Source of the DNA: Macrostomum lignano
Taxonomy: Eukaryota
Assembly (NCBI GenBank): GCA_002269645.1
Contig: NIVC01002086.1
Location: forward strand, 62,001-126,000
Direction of reading: 5' to 3'
DNA length: 64,000 nucleotides
The notes below the pieces were generated by a model. It did not search any database. It was not told the DNA's origin and worked only from the letters and a program-made list of their open reading frames with translations. The position numbers and the translations under genes are program-made. This document shows positions 1-10,156 of the stretch, piece after piece (positions within the stretch are counted from its first letter, which is position 1; every line of letters begins with the position of its first letter).

Positions 1-702
1 GCGACCGCCGCTGCGTTCGATGGCAGCGATGGCCGCCTCCGAGGCGTGCTGAACCTCAAGGCGGGCGAACCTGGCCGTCAGGTTATCCAAGCCTGCGTCG
101 TCAGTGAGCTGGTAGCCGTATTGGCGGTCTTTCAGCGGGAACAGTCGGGTGGCAGCAATGTCGGTGAGATCCACCTGAGGGCGGGGTCCAGTTGAACTGC
201 CTATCAATATATTAATCCATCAATCGAGCAATCGATTTTAACTACTACGAGTAATCTACCTATCTATCTACCTACCTACCTATCTATCTATCTACCTACC
301 TATCTATCTATCTATCTATCTGTCTATCTATCTACCTATCTATCTATCTATCTATATATCTGTCTATCTATCTATCTATCTGTCTATCTATCTATCTATC
401 TCGCTTCGCTCGCTCTTTCTCGCTATCTACTAACTATTGCCAGGATCTGCACCGGAGCGGTTACGAAAATTAGATTTCTCGGTAGTTGCTCGCACTCTTT
501 TGCACTACTTGAGTAGTCTGATTTTCGTTCGGCATGGCTGGTTCCAGCAGGTAGTTCCTCTGGATAAAAGCGCTTACCGCGCCCATTGGCTTTCCAGCTG
601 CCTTAATCGTTTCCGGTGATCTTGTGTGCGTGCATTCAGCTTGATTGGCTGCGGCAAGCAAGCTCGAAAGAGCTCGCTTCGCTCGCTCTTTCTCGCTATC
701 TA

Positions 703-745
<43 letters not shown>

Positions 746-1270
746 CCGATCTATCTATCTATCTATCTATCTATCTACCTATCTATCTATCTACCTATCT
801 ACCGATCTATCTATCTATATATCTACCTATATATCTATCTATCCATCTATCTATCTACCTATCTATCTCTCTATGTATGTATGTATCTATCTATCTATTT
901 ATCTATCTATCATCCATCAATCTAGCAACCCAGCACGCACCGGCTTGCTAGGATTAATCCGGCCCAGGTCAACCAGCCGCTGCAGGTCCAGCAGGCTGAT
1001 GCGGACTAGCTCCCGCCGGTGCAGCCAGTCGGCATTGTACGGCTCGCTCGGTATGGCCAGATAGAACGGCATCTTGCGCACGTGATTGCCAATAGGCAGG
1101 AAGCTCTGCCGCTCGCCCCAACGCTCGCCCCATTCTTCGCTGCCGCCAAATTGATACCGTTTAGTCCAGTGCCTCTCGCCCTGAGGATCAAAGCGTTCGG
1201 TAGCTCTGGGGCCGTACAGATCTATCCGGGGCATACGCCTGATGAGGCCCAGCTTGCTGCGTACTGACAT
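1..1270 (-). CDS. MRPL15: Mitochondrial ribosomal protein uL15m, 3'-partial; exons 1270..941 and 174..<1
   Basis: The spliced translation ...[20 protein letters not shown]|[58 protein letters not shown] matches the recalled MRPL15 segment [21 protein letters not shown]...YGVQL...IEVQLASELAIAAIEKNGG. Donor CCG|gtgcgt at 940 and acceptor ccctcag|GTG at 175, phase 0. The start ATG at 1270 is inferred. Confidence 0.92.
255..400 (+). repeat. (TATC)n microsatellite in the MRPL15 intron
   Basis: Direct reading of TATC/TACC/TGTC tetramers. Confidence 0.95.
700..915 (+). repeat. (TATC)n microsatellite in the MRPL15 intron
   Basis: Direct reading; it produces the spurious YLSI/IYLS ORFs in the ORF track. 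Confidence 0.95.
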
Positions 1271-1360
1271 AATCACTTTTGCTGAATTCGCCCGGCTGAA
1301 ATCAGTGTGTTGTGAACTTATTTTTGTATTAGCAAAAGTATTACATGTACTTTTGTCTCT

Positions 1361-1860
1361 CTAGACTCATGCTGGGATAATGTCACAGCTGTCTCTCTAG
1401 ACTCCCAGATGGCCACAGCTGTCTCTCTAGACTCTCAGATGGCCACAGCTGTCTCTCTAGACTCTCAGATGGCCACAGCTGTCTCTCTAGACTCTCAGAT
1501 GGCCACAGCTGTCTCTCTAGACTCTCAGATGGCCACAGCTGTCTCTCTAGACTCCCAGATGGTCACAGCTGTCTCTCTAGACTCCCAGATGGCCACAGCT
1601 GTCTCTCTAGACTCCCAGATGGCCACAGCTGTCTCTCTAGACTCTCAGATGGCCACAGCTGTCTCTCTAGACTCCCAGATGGCCACAGCTGTCTCTCTAG
1701 ACTCCCAGATGGCCACAGCTGTCTCTCTAGACTCTCAGATGGCCACAGCTGTCTCTCTAGACTCCCAGATGGCCACAGCTGTCTCTCTAGACTCCCAGAT
1801 GGTCACAGCTGTCTCTCTAGACTCCCAGATGGTCACAGCTGTCTCTCTAGATCTCTCTAG
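1361..1860 (+). repeat. 30-bp minisatellite (ctctagactcccagatggccacagctgtct), about 16 copies
   Basis: Near-identical 30-bp units; source of the MATAVSLDSQ repeat ORF. Confidence 0.95.
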
Positions 1861-2689
1861 ATTGCCACCATGAAATAAAACAAAACGATCGCATGTTTTT
1901 TTGACAAAAAAGTGAAAAGTTAAAAGTGAATAATTTTGTGCAGGTGGGCTACGTACGCAAAGTAGAATTCTCATAAAAATTAGAAATATATGGCCCAAAA
2001 AAGATATCGTGCGCAAAATCTAAGCATAATTAGTATTTAATAACATGAAACTGTGTAACCAAACGTGCTGTGTAGACAAATTTGTTTGCATAACAAAAAT
2101 TAATTTCCAATAAGAATAGAAATTAAGCCCAAACTTTAACTAAACAAACAGCTGTTGCATTAGAAAAATACATCACAGTACCAATGTGACTTAATTCTCT
2201 CTTGAGAATAATTTGTCATAATTTCTGTCTAATTAAACTGCTTTAAGTTAAGTACGTACATAACATAGATGGTTGCAACCATCTGCTACAGGAGTAACAT
2301 AAATATCCAATGAAGGAAATATCCGATTTAAATTTACTGGGAACAGCAGCAAATCATATATCATAAACAACACCAAAAAATTACGCAAATGTACATAATA
2401 AATCTATATAATAAATCAAGGCAATTTTTTTATCTGCTAACTGACTAGCGGAGATGAAACTTTATCAAAAAAAAAAGTTAAAAATGAAAGAAATAGAAGC
2501 AGTTGGAAATACGCTAGCAAATTCGCCTTTGCCTCACCTAATTAGTAAGTTAATTGTAACTTTTTATCCTGCACTACTGATAGAAAGAGGACCTGAAGAC
2601 TAAAAATAACTGAAATTTGTTACATCCTAACTAGTTTGCAACCACAGCGCTTAGATTGGAAATCGCAGGATCAATTATAGCTTAGCCAA

Positions 2690-3420
2690 TGAGTCAGGAG
2701 AGAGGTCAAAATCAGAGGGACGAAACTCTGCCTAGGGGCAGGCCCAATCAGCTCAGCCAATGAGAGAGCAGTAAGGAGAGAGGTCAAAGTCAGACGGGCG
2801 AAATTCATCCTAGGGGGCAGGCCCAATCAGCTTAGCCAATGAGAGAGTAGTAAGGAGAGAGGTCAAAGTCAGACGGGCGAAATTCATCCTAGGGGACAGG
2901 CCCAATCAGCTCAGCCAATGAGAGAGTAGTAAGGAGAGAGGTCAAAGTCAGACGGGCGAAATTCATCCTAGGGGCAGGCCCAATCAGCTCAGCCGATGAG
3001 AGAGCAGTAAGGAGAGAGGTCAAAGTCAGACGGGCGAAATTCATCCTAGGGGGCAGGCCCAATCAGCTCAGCCAATGAGAGAGCAGTAAGGAGAGAGGTC
3101 AAAGTCAGACGGGCGAAATTCATCCTAGGGGACAGGCCCAATCAGCTCAGCCAATGAGAGAGCAGTAAGGAGAGAGGTCAAAGTCAGACGGGCGAAATTC
3201 ATCCTAGGGGGCAGGCCCAATCAGCTCAGCCAATGAGAGAGCAGTAAGGAGAGAGGTCAAAGTCAGACGGGCGAAATTCATCCTAGGGGGCAGGCCCAAT
3301 CAGCTCAGCCAATGAGAGAGCAGTAAGGACAGAGGTCAAAATGAGACGGACGCCTAGGGGGGGGGGCAGGTCCAATCTGACTCGTAAATGAGGGAGCAGT
3401 AAGGAGAGTGAAGGCAAAGT
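2690..3420 (+). repeat. 79-bp tandem repeat, about 9 copies, each with two CCAAT boxes
   Basis: Unit ggcccaatcagctcagccaatgagagagcagtaaggagagaggtcaaagtcagacgggcgaaattcatcctagggggca recurs at about 2741, 2820, 2899, 2979, 3057, 3136, 3215 and 3294. Confidence 0.93.
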
Positions 3421-3742
3421 CAGACACAAGCGGGCAAGAGGAAATCTCAACTATTTATTGGCCTTTTCTCTTTTTGCTCGCTGTGCATACGTACTGGATT
3501 ACGGTAAAGTTTGAAACAGGATGAAGATGCTAAGTAAATGGGTCTGCTGCAGACTGAAATACTTTAAATATCTTGTTAAATTTTACTAGCATGAAGGCAA
3601 CAAACGCTAATTTTGCTATTGAAGATGAGTAGATAGGCGCATTTTTTTGCCAGTGACATATTTATAGCAATCTATGAGTAAACCAACAAGATAAATATTT
3701 TGGTAAGAAAAATTAGGTGAGATATTTATACAGGCAAATAGT

Positions 3743-6700
3743 CTAATTGGTCTTGTTGTCGCTTAAAGCATTATGATAATCGGCAGCAGTCAGATTGTCA
3801 GTTTTTTTAGACGATGCATTAGTAGCACTAGTAGTAGCATCTTCTAATTTAGCATACTGATGACGGGAATATCTGGATGAATTAACCAATAACACAAGCA
3901 ACAAATGGTAAATACATGTAAGACATTTGCCCTGCACAGTGACCTGTAGCATCTGATGAAAAACCGCCCACAGGCGGTAGTGGTGGCCTCGAAACGGGTC
4001 GGATATTGCTGGGCACAATATGCTGTCAAGGTTAACCATTGTGACCTGCGGGTTAGGGACATTGTGCTGGAGTGATAATTATAGATAGTCACGTCTTATG
4101 GCGGATGGAGCTGATGTTTGCTTGGCGGCGGTGGATAGCGGATATTTTCTTGGCATAGGGAGGGGGCGGATATGGGCCGACTTTTGACAGAGGCGGATAA
4201 AATCTGATTCTTGACAGGGGGCGAATGAGGGCCGATTCTTGCCATGGAGGGGGCGGATAAGGGCCGATTATAGGCAGGGGGCAGATAAGGGCCGATTATG
4301 GGCAGGGGGCAGATAAGGGCCGATTATGGGCAGGGGGCAGATAAGGGCCGAATATGGCCAGGGACAGATAAGGGCCGATTATGGGCAGGGGGCAGATAAG
4401 GGCCGATTATGGGCAGGGGGCAGATAAGGACCGAATATGGCCAGGGACAGATAAGGGCCGATTATGGGCAGGGGGCAGATAAGGGCCGATTATGGGCAGG
4501 GGGCAGAAAAGGGCCGATTATGGGCAGGGGGCAGAAAAGGGCCGATTATGGGCAGGGGCAGATAAGGGCCGATTATGGGCAGGGGGCAGATAAGGGCCGA
4601 TTATGGGCAGGGGGCAGATAAGGGCCGATTATGGGCAGGGGGCAGATAAGGGCCGATTATGGGCAGGGGGCAGATAAGGACCGAATATGGCCAGGGACAG
4701 ATAAGGGCCGATTATGGGCAGGGGGCAGATAAGGGCCGATTATGGGCAGGGGGCAGAAAAGGGCCGATTATGGGCAGGGGGCAGAAAAGGGCCGATTATG
4801 GGCAGGGGGCAGATAAGGGCCGATTATGGGCAGGGGGCAGATAAGGGCCGATTATGGGCAGGGGGCAGATAAGGGCCGATTATGGGCAGGGGGCAGATAA
4901 GGGCCGATTATGGGCAGGGGGCAGATAAGGGCCGATTATGGGCAGGGGGCAGATAAGGGCCGAATATGGCCAGGGACAGATAAGGGCCGATTATGGGCAG
5001 GGGGCAGATAAGGGCCGAATATGGCCAGGGACAGATAAGGGCCGATTATGGGCAGGGGGCAGATAAGGGCCGATTATGGGCAGGGGGCAGATAAGGGCCG
5101 AATATGGCCAGGGACAGATAAGGGCCGATTATGGGCAGGGGGCAGATAAGGGCCGAATATGGGCAGGGAGGATAAGGACTGATTTTTGCAGAGGGGCAGA
5201 TAAAGGCGGATTCAGGACAAAGTAATAGCTAACAAGGGATAACAAAAGTACATAAAGCACTCACAGACGATATGGGTTGGAGCACAGTAAAATGATAAAT
5301 ACTCTGCAGAGATTGAGAAATTGTCACCCAAGAGAAGTCCAGAAGCGGTTCCGTAGTAAACTTGCCTGAAGAAAAAAAACTATTTGAATCAAAAAACACT
5401 TTAAATCTGATGGAATAATGCAATAAACAATTGAGAGGCAGAACTCACCAGTAAGAAGCATACAAAGCGGAACTGTCAATATCAATACGTGCTGCAAGTA
5501 ATAGATAACCACTTCGCCAGGCAACTAAAAATTGTGATAAATTTTGAACATTCAGCGTTGACCATACTAAAAAATATGAACAATTGAACTCCCGTTGATA
5601 TATACGAAATCAACTTACAAGCCTAGTATTGACTACTGGCAGTAGCAATGCCAGCAAAGGGCCGTTTAATAAATGAATCATTGACCGGAACAGGCCGACA
5701 GAGAGTGAAGACTTTGGCAATATTAATAGTGTAATCTGTGTGGGAGCAAAACGATACGAAATTCGCAGATTTAGGTACAATTTTTAGGACTAGTCTTTTT
5801 ATCATATCATAAGAATATTTACACCGTCTTTTATCGGCTTTATAATCCAGCCCAATTCCTTAATCCCTATCATCTTCATAATCCAGCCCAATTCCTTAAT
5901 CCCTATCATCTTCATAATCCAGCCCAATTCCTTAATCCCTATCATCTTCATCATCATCCAGCCCAATTCCTTAATCCCTATCATCTTCATCATCATCCAG
6001 CCCAATTCCTTAATCCCTATCATCTTCATCATCATCCAGCCCAATTACTTAATCCCTATCATCCTCATCATCATCCACTACATCCAGTCCAATTCCTTAA
6101 TCCCTATCATCTTCATCATCATCCAGCCCAATTCCTTAATCCTTATCATCCTCATCATCATCCACGACATTCAGCCCGATTCCTTAATCCCTATTTTCAT
6201 CCTCATCTAACCCAGTTTCCAAATCCCCATCATCTAACCAAGTTCCCAAATCCCCATCATCTAACCCAGTTCCCAAATCCCCGTTATCTAACACAGTTCC
6301 CAAAATCCCCATTATCTAACACAGTTCCCAAATCCCCATTATCTAACACAGTTCCCAAATCCCCATTATCTAACCCAGTTCTCAAATCCCCATCATCTAA
6401 CCCAGTTCCCAAATCCTCATTATCTAACCCAGTTCTTAAATCTCCATTATCTAACCCAGTTCTCAAATCCCTATCATCTAACCCAGTTCCCAAATCCCCA
6501 TCATCTAACCCAGTTCCCAAATCAGCATTATCTAACCCAGTTCTCAAATCCCCATCATCTAACCCAGCTCCCAAATCCTCATTATCTAACCCAGTTCCCA
6601 AATCCCCATCATCTAACCCAGTTCCCCAATCCCCATAATCTACATCATCTAACACAGTTCCCAAATCAATGTATTATTGTCATGATCTGATCCAGTTTTG

Positions 6701-7128
6701 CACTATGAATAAATTTCCTATCTACTTAGTAACTCAGTTTCTCAGATTTCTACTACATTTTAACAATAGTCTAAACAGTGCATTTCACGTACCTGAATGA
6801 TAGTAATAACATGGCATGGGTTGAAAAGCCAGATCAAAGTGCCAGTTGATAACTTGAAACCAATCTCAATACCAAACACAAATATGTGTGCAGATCCAAA
6901 TAGCAGTAGCAATGTTTTTCCCAACCTGGGATCTGTATTAGCATTGTGTTTGTGTCTAACTTGAACTGAGCTCAGTCCAAGCCAAAGCTGCATGATAGCC
7001 ACACATAGACAAGGTATAGTCTCTTTAGCTTTTTGTCCCCAGGTCAGGTAAGTCACACAGCCAGGACCTCCAGCTCCATCAAGACTAAAGTTCACACCAG
7101 AGTGAGTCCATTCTAGAAAGCTTCTCAT
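3743..7128 (-). CDS. TMEM164: Transmembrane protein 164, 310 aa; exons 7128..6793, 5735..5619, 5524..5449, 5365..5265, 4045..3743
   Basis: Five GT-AG exons with phases 0,0,1,0 total 933 nt. Recalled TMEM164 motifs are present: [85 protein letters not shown]. Confidence 0.95.
4250..5200 (+). repeat. 28-bp G-rich minisatellite (tatgggcagggggcagataagggccgat) in the last TMEM164 intron
   Basis: More than 30 units, with a variant unit aatatggccagggacag. Confidence 0.95.
5840..6210 (+). repeat. 36-39-bp minisatellite (atccagcccaattccttaatccctatcatcttcatc) in TMEM164 intron 1
   Basis: Direct reading, about 9 units. Confidence 0.9.
6210..6662 (+). repeat. 27-bp minisatellite (tcatctaacccagttcccaaatcccca) in TMEM164 intron 1
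   Basis: Direct reading, about 16 units; source of the GTGLDDGDL repeat ORF. Confidence 0.9.
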
Positions 7129-7480
7129 GATTTTTTAACTAGATAATGGCTGGCATTAAGCAAAATAGATTTATTAACATTTTGCTTTTATTTCAAATTT
7201 TATAGCAGTTTCTATCAAAACATTTTTAAAACAATGACTATAAGCTATATTACATATAGTCATTATAGCTATAACTGCCATAATTTTGTTTCCTAGATAG
7301 AACATATCTTTTAAATCTATATCTATATCTTACAACTTTATACAACATTTAATTACATTAAATTCAATAGCAATAGTGCCTATATCATGTATTTTAATAT
7401 AGTAAGGATGCAAAAAGAATAATATAGTTAATTTATTCTATCAGTATTTAATAGTGCCTTATTTATGATATAAGAATATA

Positions 7481-8600
7481 TAAGCTTTTGAAACCATAGG
7501 ATTTTAAACTAGCTGAGCTTCAATTGTCAGAACTATTTTTAGAAAAATCTACAATTTTAAGTCATACTCAAACAAAACTTGTTAATAGATAAGATAGAGA
7601 TAAAATACAAATTTTTATTAAATTAGGATTTGAGGCAAGCATTGATCTTGTTGGCTAGGAGTGCCATGCAGAATGAGTCTATCTAAACTATAAATTTATG
7701 TAGAAAGTACATGCTGGCAAACTCTAGCCTTTGTCTCTTTTTCTATCCCTTGGATTCTTTGAAACTTATCTTATGTCTACTTTTTCCTCTCTATTTTCTT
7801 TACTTAGATCATGAATCATCTTGTCTTCTCTCTTCTCTTTCTGCTTTAACAACTCTCTTCTCTTTTTTATCTCCCTTATCTATTTTAGTCTCTGCTCTTT
7901 TTATCGCTTCTCTCCCCTTTTTTTCTTTTCCTATCTCTCCCCCTCTCTCTCTATTGTTCCCTCATCTTTCCTTTTCTCTCTCTTCTTATCTTTTCACTCT
8001 TGTCTCTGTTCTCTCATTTCCCTCTTTTCTTCTATCATCTTTACTCTCTAATCAGTTCTCTTACCTTTTCCTTTGTATTCTTTTCCTTCCCCTCTTCTAA
8101 CTATTCTTTCCTTTCTCATCTCTTCTCTTCTCTTCTCTCTTCTTTACTCTTTCCATCTCATCTTTCTTTTCTCCTAATCTCTCATCTCTTCTTTCATCTC
8201 TTTTATCTTTACTATCTTATCTTTCCTCTGTTTTCTCTCTTCTTCCTTTTTACTATAATATCTCTTCTCCCTCCTATATTGTTGCTTCTTTCTCAACTCT
8301 GCTTGCATATCTCTACTCTCTTATCTTTTCTCTCCTCTACCTTTTCTCCTCTATATTTTCCTTTTTACTCTTATCTCTTCTCCTTCTCCCTTTTCTCTTC
8401 CAATTCTTATCTTTACTCTCTCTTCTTGCTTCTCTTGCCCCCATTTCTCTCTTCCATTCCTTTTTCCCCTTCTCTCCCCTCTCCTCTCACTTCTCACTTC
8501 ATTTTTCTCTCCTATCTTCTCCTTTCTTTCTCTCTCCTCATCTACTTGTATTTTTCTCATCTTGTATCCTTTATCTTACCCCCTATCTTGCCTCTCCCTT
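7481..8600 (+). repeat. Dispersed repeat copy A: about 280-bp head followed by a long CT-rich low-complexity tract
   Basis: The head (aagcttttgaaacc...gaactattttt...tcatactcaaacaaaacttgttaatag...aattaggatttga...ggcaaactctagcct...tcccttggat) aligns by eye with 16585-16860. Confidence 0.7.
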
Positions 8601-9094
8601 TTCTACATCCAGGGGACTTGCATCAAGGCAGATTGCACTCCCATGCCAACTATGGACGAGCTTCAGAAACATCTAGATATCAAGCTCCAAGCTCTCTGTG
8701 CCTCTATTACCATGGCAGAGCGGACCACAGATTTGCCATTGATGACAGTTCCCTATGCAGGCATCAGTCTTATCAACATTCAGTCCCTCCAGACCGCAGT
8801 CAATGCTCACCGGCCTAGTTTTACTTCTAACTGGAAACAGGAGCCAAAAAATCGTATTTTTATGGTAAGAACTTATGGTAAGAATTATGGTAAGAACATC
8901 GCCTGTGTCTTCTACAATAAGCATGGCCATAGTCCTCTCCATTGTAATCAAATCACCCAGCCTCAGACCTGTCTAGAGATGGTGAGAAAAAAGAGACTCT
9001 GCTACAACTGTCTCCATCAACATGCAGTTTGTGATTGCCCGTCCCACTTCTGGTACCACAAGTGTCACACCAGTCATCACACCTCCCTCTATAC

Positions 9095-9614
9095 CACAGA
9101 ATATACACAGAATGGTGAATCAGCGCTTAAACTAGTTATCAGAATAAAATGTTCATAGACTACTAATGATGAGGTGGCGAAAAGTAGTGCAATTAAAGTG
9201 ACGTAGATTAAGCTAAGTGCCCTAGGCTATATGTATTAAAAGTCTATGTAAAGAGATAAAGATAAGCGTAAAAGACTTTTTGATTAGCTTGTACTGCTTG
9301 CACGTGTATTTTTTGATAACATTGAATTAGAATTAACATTGAATTGAAGAATGTAGGAATTAATTGAATAAGAATTCTTCTTAAATTGAATTAAATTAAA
9401 TTTGAAAATATTGCATTGGCTGACAGCTCCACAGAGTATACACAGTATATACAGTATATTCTGTGGACAGCTCACCTAACGATTGTTTATGGCACTAGCT
9501 GCCTAAATCTACTACTTATCACGCGCCTCATCATTAGCAGCATATTGCGAATATAGTTTCGGAGCAAGATTTTTTTGCAAGAGAGCTAATTCACCATTCT
9601 GTGTATATTCTGTG
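9095..9614. mobile_element. 520-bp non-autonomous DNA transposon (MITE), 30-bp TIR, 8-bp TSD (hAT- or P-like)
   Basis: TIR CACAGAATATACACAGAATGGTGAAT(C/T)AGC, 29/30 match. TSD ctctatac (9087-9094) and ctccatac (9615-9622). Removing it restores the Pao gag frame HHTSLHTTFLTEPQ. Confidence 0.92.
9430..9465. mobile_element. 36-bp micro-element made only of the termini of the enclosing MITE family, with its own perfect 8-bp TSD
   Basis: CACAGAGTATACACAGTATATACAGTATATTCTGTG flanked by GACAGCTC at 9422-9429 and 9466-9473. Confidence 0.8.
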
Positions 9615-10156
9615 CTCCATACTACATTTTTGACAGAGCCTCAGACCAAAGGCGCAGTCCCTCTTCCGCATCCTAGTCATCATATTGCAAAAGCTAAGGT
9701 GAACTCGCAACTGAACGTCATTTCTGGCCCCTCAATGGTTCTCACGAGACCAAAGGCTGCCACTGGTAGCACATCTGAGCCCACTAGCTCAGTGTCATGC
9801 ATCTGATCTTCAAGTGATAGTCATCTCCAGCCAACAAACATGGCCACATTTTCCGCACTGGCTTTCAACCCCAGCTTAGGCGACAGCGTTTGCATATCAG
9901 CCCTCATTGATGGAGGCTGCAATTATATGTACCTTCAGAGTGACATTGCGAGGCGTCTGAAACTGCTGGTTCTCGGGCGGCTCAGCCTAGACAGCTCTGC
10001 GTGCCACACCGAAACCTGCCACCGCATAAGTGCCAAAGTTGTGCGCATCGAACTAGCTACACCAGACAGTTGGAACATGCCACTGACTATCTTATCAGTG
10101 GACCAAATCGCCCCAGCAATCCACTTACAGGCTCTGCAGCTTCCCATGGATGTTTG

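Noticed and set aside
616-1064. ORFs rich in YLSI/IYLS
   Set aside because: Translations of (TATC)n inside the MRPL15 intron or antisense to its exon.
1409-1873. 154-aa MATAVSLDSQ repeat ORF
   Set aside because: A 30-bp minisatellite with unit length divisible by 3; no non-repeat coding context.
2690-3420. Possible CRISPR-like regularly spaced repeats (also considered for the other arrays)
   Set aside because: Units are head-to-tail with no unique spacers, no cas genes are present, and the context is eukaryotic.
7711-8818. Long S/L/F-rich ORFs suggesting membrane proteins
   Set aside because: Artefact of CT-rich low complexity, which is depleted of stop codons.
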